Assembly: GCA_965222225.1 (NCBI GenBank)
Contig: CBDCTK010000002.1
Location: 3,392,001-3,456,000, forward strand
Length of the DNA stretch: 64,000 bases
Source of the DNA: Candidatus Poribacteria bacterium
GTDB lineage: Bacteria > Poribacteria > WGA-4E > JAJDTR01
Direction: 5' to 3'
Below, in pieces: positions 39,494 through 48,207 of this stretch; position 1 is the first letter of the stretch, and the number at the start of each line of letters is the position of its first letter. The notes under the pieces are model-generated. The model was not told where the DNA came from, searched no databases, and saw nothing but the letters and a program-made list of their open reading frames with translations. A program made the translations under genes and the position numbers.

Positions 39494-40540
39494 ATGGACA
39501 AACATGCTCACACTCGAAATAACCCGAACCCCCATTTGACCATCCCTGCCTCGGAAACTGCCGAGCGGATGGCTAATTCTTGTGCGAATTTTCTGGAAGC
39601 CTTGACACCCGCTCTGCGACAAAAGGCGGAATTTCCGTTTGCCGACACCGAGCGGTTACGTTGGCACTTCGTCCCGGTAGAGTTGTGGGAACGAAAAGGC
39701 ATACCGCTTAAGGAGATGAATGATGCGCAGCGGAAGGCAGCCTTCAAACTACTGGCGTGCGGGCTAAGCAATCAGGGATATCGCAAAGCGAAAGCAATCA
39801 TCAACTTGGAGCCGACACTCGGTGAAATTGAGCGTGCCGAGGGCGATACCCGATTTCCGCGTGACCCGGAGCAATACTTCTTTTCGGTATTTGGCGATCC
39901 GACCAATAACGAGCCTTGGGGCTGGCGGGCGGAAGGACACCACGTCTCGCTCCACTTCACGGTGATAAATCGGGAATTCATCTCTCCAAATCCCTGCTTT
40001 TTCGGTTCCAATCCCGCAGAAGTTCGGCACGGTGCTAACAAAGGGCTACGTATTCTCTCGGCGGAGGAAGATCTTGCGCGGCAACTGCTTGGCAGCTTGA
40101 AGACCGATCAGAGAGGCAAAGCGGTTATCAACCCAACCGCGCCCCCTGACATTCTGACGCGTGAACAACTGAAAGTTGAAGTTGGGGCGGTGCAAGGGCT
40201 GGCTGCCGAGTCGATGGAGACCCCGCAACGAGAACTACTCGTAAAACTAATTCACGAGTATGTGGAAAGACTGCCGCAGGAGATAGCCGACATAGAAATT
40301 CGGAAACTTCGAGATGCCAACCTGAACGACATCCATTTTGCGTGGGCAGGCGCGGAAGAGCGCGGCAAACCGCACTACTACCGCCTTCACGGACCATTCT
40401 TCTTCGCCGAATACGACAACACGCAGAATAACGCCAACCACATTCATACCGTGTGGCGACACATGGAGGACGATTTCGGTTTCGATTTGCTCCGATTGCA
40501 CTATCAACACGCGGAACCCACGAAACACCATCAACATTGA
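39494..40540 (+). CDS. DUF3500 family protein
   Basis: WGWRAEGHHVSLHFT, PCFFGSNP, EYDNTQNNANHIHTVWR. Confidence 0.85.
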   Translation: MDKHAHTRNNPNPHLTIPASETAERMANSCANFLEALTPALRQKAEFPFADTERLRWHFVPVELWERKGIPLKEMNDAQRKAAFKLLACGLSNQGYRKAKAIINLEPTLGEIERAEGDTRFPRDPEQYFFSVFGDPTNNEPWGWRAEGHHVSLHFTVINREFISPNPCFFGSNPAEVRHGANKGLRILSAEEDLARQLLGSLKTDQRGKAVINPTAPPDILTREQLKVEVGAVQGLAAESMETPQRELLVKLIHEYVERLPQEIADIEIRKLRDANLNDIHFAWAGAEERGKPHYYRLHGPFFFAEYDNTQNNANHIHTVWRHMEDDFGFDLLRLHYQHAEPTKHHQH

Positions 40541-40552
40541 CGAATCGGAGTT

Positions 40553-40759
40553 TATAGTCATTGCAACTAAGAATTATACATTTAGGATTTATGCAGTGCG
40601 GTTTGTAGGAGCGATCAAAGGAATGAATAATGACTGCGATAGAGATCCCTCTCCGAATCGCGACCATGGGTTTATAGCAGCGCAGTTCATTGCGCGTCGC
40701 TTGGTGCTTCACTTACCTATAGATCGCAATATGTGTAAATGTGAAGGTAGATGATTATA
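40553..40759. mobile_element. Putative MITE carrying REPs and a GA-hairpin element
   Basis: Left TATAGTCATTGCAACTAAGAATTATACAT; right ATGTGTAAATGTGAAGGTAGATGATTATA. Confidence 0.6.
40614..40649 (+). repeat. Single GA-hairpin element inside the REP GTAGGAGCG|TCTCCGAATCGCGACC
   Basis: Removing 40614-40649 restores a REP like those at 26697 and 4190. Confidence 0.9.
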
Positions 40760-40842
40760 AGAATGCTGGACATATCCACGACGACGTCGGAAATCGGAAG
40801 TAGCATTTTCCTCCAATCCACAGAAATCCTAACAAAGACTAT

Positions 40843-42018
40843 ATGAACACTGTACGCGTTGGCATCGTCGGGTTGGGGCTTGTTGCTGCCTCACACTTGA
40901 AAGGCTACGGGTGCCATCCACATGCCCAAGTCGTTGCCATCTGCGATCTTGAGGCGGCAAGAGCAGATCGTTTTGCGTCGGAACACGGAATTGAGGATGT
41001 CTATACGTCGTATGAGGAGATGTTGGCAAAAGCCCAAATCAACACGGTTGATATCGCCACCCCGACCTTTCTACACCCATCAATGACCCGCCAAGCCGCC
41101 GAAGCCGGAATGCATGTCCACTGCGAGAAACCCTTCTGCCGGAGTGTGGGCGAAGGCCTTGAAGCCTGCGAGGCTGTACACCGTAGCGGGGTCAAGCTAG
41201 TTGTCGGTGAGACGTATGTCTTTATCGCCTCCCACATGAAGGCTCGTGAACTAATTGATGCCGGAGAGATTGGACGCCCCCTCCAACTACGCCAACGGCA
41301 CGGTGCTTGGTTCGAGCGTGAAAGAGAAGTGGTTGGAGAAATCCCCGAAGCCCGAAACTGGCGCGTCAATGGCGAAAAATCGGGCGGTGGTGACTATCCG
41401 TGGATCTTCGACCATGCCGTGCATTTCTTCGCCACAGCCGAATACCTCATGGGAGATACCCGGATTGCCGAAATCTCTGCCGTCACCGGTACCTGTCGAA
41501 CGGATTCGAACGGAGGCGGTGCTGCCCACGATCCTTATTCGATCCCCGATGTCGATATTCCCATCATCACGTGGAAGTATGAGGATACTGATTGCCAGGG
41601 GCTTTGGATGCGAGCTGAACGGCTGAACGGCAAATACGACTACATGCACGGCTTCAGCACGACGGTCATCGGTGAGCGCGGTATGATTGAGGTGCTGGGG
41701 GAGGGCGGTCACAATCTGTTGTGGAACGGCGAGCAGCAGCATCTGCTTTTGCATCGCGAAGGCAAAGAAACCCGCTCCTTCCGCTTTGACGAGGGAGGCG
41801 ATGATGTTTGGCAATCTGATATCAGCTACTACAGCCGCGGACATATTAACCAAGTCCACCATCTTATCGACTGTGTCCACCATGATACTTCACCCCGTTA
41901 TTCCGGGGAGGATGGTGTACATGCCGTACGCTGCACCTTAGCCGCAATACGCTCCGCTCGCGAAAGCCGCCCCATCGCCGTAGAGGACATCGCTCCAAGC
42001 TACACCGCCTACTCCTAG
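40843..42018 (+). CDS. Gfo/Idh/MocA oxidoreductase
   Basis: VGIVGLG, HVHCEKP, FDHAVH. Confidence 0.9.
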   Translation: MNTVRVGIVGLGLVAASHLKGYGCHPHAQVVAICDLEAARADRFASEHGIEDVYTSYEEMLAKAQINTVDIATPTFLHPSMTRQAAEAGMHVHCEKPFCRSVGEGLEACEAVHRSGVKLVVGETYVFIASHMKARELIDAGEIGRPLQLRQRHGAWFEREREVVGEIPEARNWRVNGEKSGGGDYPWIFDHAVHFFATAEYLMGDTRIAEISAVTGTCRTDSNGGGAAHDPYSIPDVDIPIITWKYEDTDCQGLWMRAERLNGKYDYMHGFSTTVIGERGMIEVLGEGGHNLLWNGEQQHLLLHREGKETRSFRFDEGGDDVWQSDISYYSRGHINQVHHLIDCVHHDTSPRYSGEDGVHAVRCTLAAIRSARESRPIAVEDIAPSYTAYS

Positions 42019-42088
42019 GTCTATTTGCCTTGAAGATTAGAACTTACCCATTCGGTAATGAGACGATGACCATTTTAGAGGTATCGGT

Positions 42089-43372
42089 ATGAACATCACC
42101 CAATTCTCAATCGAAGAGGTACGCTGTTTGGCCGAACGCCAAAATTTTGAGATTCGCCCCTTGACGTTCTTGGTCGGCGAAAACAGCACCGGCAAAACAA
42201 CAGCATTGGGGTGTTTCCAAGCATTGGCAAACTGTTTTACTGAGGGGGTAGTGGATTTTAATCGTTCCCCGTATTCAATGGGGAATTTTGAGGATGTTGT
42301 TAGAAATAGCAGGAAAAAAGGAAAGACTTTCAAACTTGGGTTTAATTTTGAACACGGAAAGGAAAACGTCGAATGGATCCTTGAATTCGTTGAGCAGAAG
42401 GGGAAACTTGAACCTGCTGTCGATGCGGCGTCACTGAGATTCAGTGATGGTAAAATCGTTTGCATTCCGGATTTTGGACTGGAGCTGGATACACATGTAG
42501 CCGACTTTGATGGAGAAAAAAATCAGTATCATATTGTTCATGGCTATGATTTGGTGAGTGAATTTCCGCCTTCTGCTTTTCTTCGCTATATTATGTCTGG
42601 AGCCGAATCTGAAGACGAGAAGGCTTTACAAAAGTATTTGAAGACAAAGCCTACGGCTCTATGGCGCGATAAACCTATACTCGTGTTTAGTATCGCGCCT
42701 ATTCGATCGCACCCAAAACAGTCCTATAATGCGACAGAGGTATCTGATGACCCTGAGGGGAGCGATGTACCGATGCAGTTGATGGAGAGAAAAACGACTA
42801 AAGAAAAGGAATGGGAGGCCTTGAAGCAGCAGTTGGTCAAATTTGGGAAGAGTTCGGGACTGTTTCAGAACATAGAGATTGTAAATCTAAGGTCACCCGA
42901 GGCTTCATTCCAACTAAGAATCAAGGTGAGGGGGCCCAACGCCAGTATCATTGATGTCGGCTACGGCATTAGTCAAATTCTGCCGATTCTGGTGCAGATT
43001 CTTGACCCGCCGAGTTCTCGTGGACCCGTAACAGAGATGCCCTTCTTCCTACTACAACAGCCTGAAATCCATTTGCATCCCAAAGCACAAGCCGAACTTT
43101 CTACTCTAATAGCGAAATTGGCGGGCGAGCATAAGAGGGCATTCATCGTTGAAACACATAGCGACTACATGATTGACCGCGCACGGATCGAAATCAGGAA
43201 AGGCACTATTCGTCCCGAGGATGTATCATTGATATATTTGGAGCCAAAGGGACGAGTTGTCAAGGTACACAATATCAGTTTTGACAAGACTGGAGATATG
43301 ATTTCCATACCGAATTCGTATCGAGAATTCTTCATGAAGGAAGTTACCCACCTCATGGGTTTTGAGGGCTAA
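42089..43372 (+). CDS. ABC/AAA ATPase (AAA_15/DUF3696-like), putative defence protein
   Basis: Walker A GENSTGKT, DVGYGISQILP, LLQQPEIHLHP, VETHS. Confidence 0.8.
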   Translation: MNITQFSIEEVRCLAERQNFEIRPLTFLVGENSTGKTTALGCFQALANCFTEGVVDFNRSPYSMGNFEDVVRNSRKKGKTFKLGFNFEHGKENVEWILEFVEQKGKLEPAVDAASLRFSDGKIVCIPDFGLELDTHVADFDGEKNQYHIVHGYDLVSEFPPSAFLRYIMSGAESEDEKALQKYLKTKPTALWRDKPILVFSIAPIRSHPKQSYNATEVSDDPEGSDVPMQLMERKTTKEKEWEALKQQLVKFGKSSGLFQNIEIVNLRSPEASFQLRIKVRGPNASIIDVGYGISQILPILVQILDPPSSRGPVTEMPFFLLQQPEIHLHPKAQAELSTLIAKLAGEHKRAFIVETHSDYMIDRARIEIRKGTIRPEDVSLIYLEPKGRVVKVHNISFDKTGDMISIPNSYREFFMKEVTHLMGFEG

Positions 43373-43374
43373 CT

Positions 43375-43799
43375 ATGTGTATTATTTTGGATGCCAATAT
43401 GTTGAGCAGATTCAAGAAACGCGCCGATGAGGACATAAAGCCTGTGTGGGACTGGGTATATAACAGAAATGGAAAGATAGCTTACTCTACCACTGAGAAG
43501 TTTAAAGAAGAATGGACAAAGGGAGGAGGAGACAATGTGCTGAAAGAACTGCAAACGAATAAAAAACTCAAACCAGTGTCGGCTCAAGATGTATTAGAGA
43601 ACAAAACGAACTGGAGGGACAAATAAAATCAAATGACCCGCATATTATCGCGTTAGCCATCGTTGCAAACGTAAAGGTATTAGTTTCCGAAGACGGAACA
43701 TTGATAAACGACTTTACCAATCGCAATCTGGTGGTTCGAGGCAGAGTCTATCGGAGGGCGGAACATGCGCATTTACTGACTAGCGTTCGTTGTCCTTAA
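43375..43799 (+). pseudogene. PIN-like domain protein with an apparent frameshift near 43600
   Basis: MCIILDANM in the first frame; IKSNDPHIIALA..VLVSED continues in another frame to TAA 43797-43799. Confidence 0.65.
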
Positions 43800-43852
43800 C
43801 TGGCTGAGGCGTTCCCTCATTCTCAATCACTGGACGTATAACACAAGTAATC

Positions 43853-46540
43853 ATGGCACTACACCCAAACTTCCCTCAGTCCCCGCACGCAATTAGCGAC
43901 CCCTCGGTGCGCTGGTTCCCAGCCGACGAAGAACTGCGGGACACCGGCTACGGAAAACTCATTCCCCCACTCGTCCACAAAATCCGCGAAAAGGTCAAAA
44001 CGTGGCGAGAGGCCGGCTACGGAGAAGCTGCCGAAACCAGCAAATCCCTTCTCAACTGGTGGTTTAACACTCCCCATCTCATGGAAGGCGCCGATGGCGA
44101 AACCAGCGGATTCCAATACTACTTCGCCCAGAGAGAGGCGTTGGAGACCGTAATCTACCTGTACGATGTCATTAGGGTACAGGACAAATACGACTTAATG
44201 CGATTTGACAGTTCAGGCGCAATCTCAACCGGCATGTTTGATGAAGATTGGCGCCGGTTCGTGCTGAAGATGGCAACCGGCACCGGCAAAACAAAGGTGA
44301 TGGGCCTTGTCGTCGCTTGGAGTTTCTTTCACAAACTCTACGAACCCGACTCCGACCTGTCGCGCAACTTTCTGGTCATCGCTCCCAACATCATTGTGCT
44401 TGACCGTATCTATCACGATTTTCAAGGGCTACGCGTTTTCTTTGGCGACCCCGTGTTGCCCGACAACGGTTTTGACGGTCACAACTGGCGTGACGATTTC
44501 CAACTGACCCTGCATCGACAGGACGAAGTGCGCGTCTCCCGTGCCACCGGCAACATCTTTCTTACCAATATCCATCGGGTCTATTCTAGCGACCAAGCCC
44601 CGCCGTCCCCCGATGACGAAAACACGATGGACTACTTTCTCGGCAAACGACCCACGGGGGCAACCACGGATTCAAAGGTAGACGTAGGGGATATTGTCCG
44701 GGAGGTGGACGAACTCATGGTACTGAACGATGAAGCGCATCATATCCATGACCCGAGATTAGCATGGTTCAAATCCATTGAGGACATTCATAACCGCCTA
44801 CTGCAGAAAGGCGGCAAGCTATCGTTGCAAGTAGATGTCACCGCCACGCCCAAACACAACAACGGAGCGATCTTTGTCCAGACGGTGGCGGATTATCCGC
44901 TCGTGGAAGCCATCTCCCAAAATGTTGTCAAACACCCCGTGCTGCCCGATGCGCCGAGTCGAGCCAAGTTGGAGGAGCGGCAAAGCGCGAAGTACACCGA
45001 GAAATATGCGGACTACCTCGAACTTGGCGTCATCGAGTGGCGCAAAGCCTATGCGGAACATGAAAAACTGGGTAAGAAAGCCATTCTATTTGTAATGACC
45101 GACGATACCCGAAACTGCGATGAGGTCGCCGAATATCTCGAAAGCCGTTATCCCGAACTGAAAGATGCCGTCTTGGTGATTCACACACAGAGGAATGGCG
45201 AAATTTCTGAGGCAACTTCGGGCAAGAAGAAAGAGGAGTTGGGCGAACTGCGTAAACAGGCGAATGAAATTGATTCGATGGGGAGCCCCTACAAGGCGAT
45301 CGTATCGGTGCTGATGCTCAAGGAGGGATGGGATGTCAGGAATGTGACCACCATTGTCGGCTTACGCGCCTACTCCGCCAAGAGCAACATCCTGCCGGAA
45401 CAGACCTTGGGACGCGGGCTGCGCCGCATGTACGGCGAGGAAGTGAAGGAGTCAGTCAGCGTCATCGGCACCAACGCTTTCATGGAATTTGTCGAGTCTA
45501 TCCAAGCGGAAGGAGTTGAATTGGAACGCCAAGCCATGGGCGAGGGCACTGGCCCCAAAACACCGCTGGTGATTGAAGTGGACAAAGACAACCCCAGCAA
45601 AGACATTGACGCTCTAGATATCAGTATTCCTAAACTAACCGGGCGTGTTTATCGGGAATACAAGAATCTGTCCGAACTTGATGTGACGCGCTTCGATTTT
45701 ACCCCTGTGACCTATCGGGAGTTTAGCGAAGAAGAGCAACGGGAGATTGTTTTTAAGGACATGACGACGGGTGAGACGACGCATACCACACAGATGGATA
45801 GTGCCGGCATCGCGGATTATCGGAGTGTGATTGCCTACTTCGCACAGACTATCATGAAAGAGTTACGACTGGTCGGTGGCTACGACGCCCTATACCCCAA
45901 GGTACAAAGTTTCATTGAGAGCCACTTGTTCGGCAGATCGGTGGCGTTGGAAGACCCAAATACCTTACGCAATCTGTCAGAGGTTGCGGCAACAAAAACC
46001 GTATTCGATACCTTCAAGCGAGCGATTAACGACCTCGCAGTTCGGGACAAGGGTGACACAAAGATTAGCGATACTATCAAGCTGCGAAGTACGCGCCCCT
46101 TCGTGGTCAAAGACCAGCGGTACGTAGTGTCGAAAAAGTCCGTGTTCAACAGAATCACGGGCGATAATCAACTAGAACGCGACTTCGCCACTTTCTTGGA
46201 AAACTGCCCCGATGTCCTTTCCTACGCCAAGAACTACTTCGCGGTAAATTTCAAGCTTGATTATGTCAACGCCGATGGTGATATTTCCAACTACTACCCG
46301 GATTTCATAGTTAAACTCGCAGATGGCAGTGTAATCATCGCCGAGACAAAAGGTAGAGAAGATACCGATGTGGCACCAAAAATGCGCAGACTCGCCCAGT
46401 GGTGCGAAGATGTCAACAAAATTCACCACGAAGTTTCTTATGACTTTGTCTACGTTGACGAGGACAGCTTTCGGACGTACAACCCACACACATTTCAACA
46501 ACTGCTGGAGGGATTCACCGAATACAAAACCCGCGACTGA
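43853..46540 (+). CDS. res: Type III restriction enzyme Res subunit
   Basis: KMATGTGKT, NDEAHH, TATP, LKEGWDV, EQTLGRGLR, C-terminal YYPDF..ETKG nuclease motif. Confidence 0.9.
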   Translation: MALHPNFPQSPHAISDPSVRWFPADEELRDTGYGKLIPPLVHKIREKVKTWREAGYGEAAETSKSLLNWWFNTPHLMEGADGETSGFQYYFAQREALETVIYLYDVIRVQDKYDLMRFDSSGAISTGMFDEDWRRFVLKMATGTGKTKVMGLVVAWSFFHKLYEPDSDLSRNFLVIAPNIIVLDRIYHDFQGLRVFFGDPVLPDNGFDGHNWRDDFQLTLHRQDEVRVSRATGNIFLTNIHRVYSSDQAPPSPDDENTMDYFLGKRPTGATTDSKVDVGDIVREVDELMVLNDEAHHIHDPRLAWFKSIEDIHNRLLQKGGKLSLQVDVTATPKHNNGAIFVQTVADYPLVEAISQNVVKHPVLPDAPSRAKLEERQSAKYTEKYADYLELGVIEWRKAYAEHEKLGKKAILFVMTDDTRNCDEVAEYLESRYPELKDAVLVIHTQRNGEISEATSGKKKEELGELRKQANEIDSMGSPYKAIVSVLMLKEGWDVRNVTTIVGLRAYSAKSNILPEQTLGRGLRRMYGEEVKESVSVIGTNAFMEFVESIQAEGVELERQAMGEGTGPKTPLVIEVDKDNPSKDIDALDISIPKLTGRVYREYKNLSELDVTRFDFTPVTYREFSEEEQREIVFKDMTTGETTHTTQMDSAGIADYRSVIAYFAQTIMKELRLVGGYDALYPKVQSFIESHLFGRSVALEDPNTLRNLSEVAATKTVFDTFKRAINDLAVRDKGDTKISDTIKLRSTRPFVVKDQRYVVSKKSVFNRITGDNQLERDFATFLENCPDVLSYAKNYFAVNFKLDYVNADGDISNYYPDFIVKLADGSVIIAETKGREDTDVAPKMRRLAQWCEDVNKIHHEVSYDFVYVDEDSFRTYNPHTFQQLLEGFTEYKTRD

Positions 46541-46550
46541 ATCCTGTTTA

Positions 46551-46834
46551 TAGGACTTACGCATTTCGGTTTGTAGTTGCCCGAATCTGTAACTGTTTAG
46601 TTGAGTTCATAGAAGTGAGAAAAGGGGCCGCATGTTGTAGAGTACGCACCTCGCAGCAAACGTGTCGGCGTTAGGTCTGGTTCGTAGTAGTGCAATTCAT
46701 TGCACGTCCCAAGCAGGCATGTAATATCCCGATTCATCTAGTTCTGTCAACCGCTAGCGCAACAAGCATATTAATCCGTGCAATCCGCGTAATCCATTTA
46801 ATCCGCGATTCAGACAGTGTTTGCGTAAATCCTA
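46551..46834. mobile_element. Putative MITE with TAGGACTTACGCA TIRs, containing a REP (46684) and AATCCG short repeats
   Basis: TAGGACTTACGCA ... TGCGTAAATCCTA (12 of 13 match); related ends near 4252-4264, 7632, 26776-26788 and 40583. Confidence 0.6.
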
Positions 46835-46893
46835 GTTTGTATTAAAATGTGGCTTTCCCGACTGCTTGGCTGCGAGTGCTTGCGTTTCTTAGA

Positions 46894-46922
46894 TTGACAG
46901 CGTAACACATGTATAGTATAAT
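46894..46922 (+). promoter_or_regulatory. Consensus sigma70 promoter
   Basis: TTGACA-17 nt-TATAAT, a perfect match. Confidence 0.8.
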
Positions 46923-46998
46923 TTGACAGGAACATGAGTTTATTGCCAAAATCATAATTATACGCTTTCTCCGTAAGTCCCGGATAATAGAGGAACCG

Positions 46999-47283
46999 AT
47001 GAATCATACAAATATGCCACAGACTGATTCAATTCAAGAACTCGCTCATTTCTGGGACACACATGACTTAACGGATGTCGAGGACGAACTTGAAGAAGTG
47101 AGTGCCCCGGTTTTTGAACGTAAAACTATGGTCATTGTTCGCTTAGAAGTTGCCCTTCGTTTAGAACCCGAAGAATCTGAGGTTGTCCAAGCGCTTGCCA
47201 ATTCGCGTGGAATCTCTCCTGCGAATCTGATTCGGGAATGGGTAATCGAACGCATTGAGGCATCGTCAGAACCGACAACTTAA
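46999..47283 (+). CDS. CopG/BrnA-like antitoxin
   Basis: SIQELAHFWDTHDLTD and an RHH-like C-terminus (LANSRGISPANLIREWV). Confidence 0.7.
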   Translation: MNHTNMPQTDSIQELAHFWDTHDLTDVEDELEEVSAPVFERKTMVIVRLEVALRLEPEESEVVQALANSRGISPANLIREWVIERIEASSEPTT

Positions 47284-47417
47284 CGTTTGTGACAATCAGA
47301 TGTTAATCCGCTGTTGCTAGATGGCACGAATCTGCGTTATATTATTTTGAACCTACCGGTGTGTGATACCGCGACAACTATGCCGGTACAATTGAATTTT
47401 AGTTTAAGAAGGATACT

Positions 47418-47885
47418 ATGAATATAGAATCGTATTTAACCGATAGAGTTGACGACCAGATAAAATACTTCGACCTGAACGCCATTCGGAACCAGAGAAT
47501 ATACAGGTTTTTGAGGATGACCGCAATCTCGTGCAATGTTCTCACCGCCTTGGCAATCGCGTTGACATTCGCTGCGCCAGCGTTATACAAGGTATATGTC
47601 GGGCTTGCGGCATTGGGGCTCACGCTGATTGTCCTTGCCACATACCAGATCGAAGAGTTCTACAATTTCGGCGCCAAGTGGCAAAAGTTCCGTATAGTTG
47701 GCGAACTGGTAAAGTCTGAAAAGTACATATTTTTGAATGGCGCGGGGGTGTATTCCTCCGGTGATATGGAGCAGCGGAAACGGTTATTCGTCAAGAAGGT
47801 TGAGGACATCTTTCGCGGTACAGATATGTCATACTTTTCATTGATGGTAGAGCCGGGCAAGGGACTGGAAAGGCGCTCGTCATAG
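47418..47885 (+). CDS. DUF4231 / SLATT-like two-TM protein
   Basis: YLTDRVDDQIKYF, two TM helices, WQKFRIVGELVKSEKYIF. Confidence 0.75.
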   Translation: MNIESYLTDRVDDQIKYFDLNAIRNQRIYRFLRMTAISCNVLTALAIALTFAAPALYKVYVGLAALGLTLIVLATYQIEEFYNFGAKWQKFRIVGELVKSEKYIFLNGAGVYSSGDMEQRKRLFVKKVEDIFRGTDMSYFSLMVEPGKGLERRSS

Positions 47886-47933
47886 TGTCAAGCAGCATAA
47901 GATGCTAAGAAGATTCTGTATGCTTTGAAACCG

Positions 47934-48004
47934 ATCAAGCGACCGAATAGGATCAAACGAGTGAATAACGAGTGCGATAGTGATTCCCGCGCGATAGAAA
48001 CCCC
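47934..48004 (+). repeat. Nested GA-hairpin elements inside the palindrome GAAACCG...CGGTTTC
   Basis: Units at 47934 and 47952; palindrome arms at 47927 and 48022-48028. Confidence 0.9.
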
Positions 48005-48207
48005 TTTTTTTCCTGAAAACTCGGTTTCTGCAAGCCGTCATTCCCGTGGGATGCGATCGGCAATCGTCAAATTCCTATCCCATTTATCTTCTTCTCAGTC
48101 CAAATTGAGAAAAAACGAATTCGAAAAGCACCATGTCTTAACTGATTACTGCCTTTACGATGCTGCCCACGCGTCGCAATACAATCTAAAATAAACAAAA
48201 TATCACC

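Noticed and set aside
40614-40649. Integron attC sites or Rho-independent terminators
   Set aside because: There are no RYYYAAC/GTTRRRY boxes and no U-tract, and orientation ignores the adjacent genes.
47925-48194. Small ORFs reading through the elements (IKRPNRIKRVNNECD; also 7733-7915, 26795-27082, 31855-32193, 58303-58561)
   Set aside because: Variation follows base pairing rather than codon position, and the frame is not preserved between loci.
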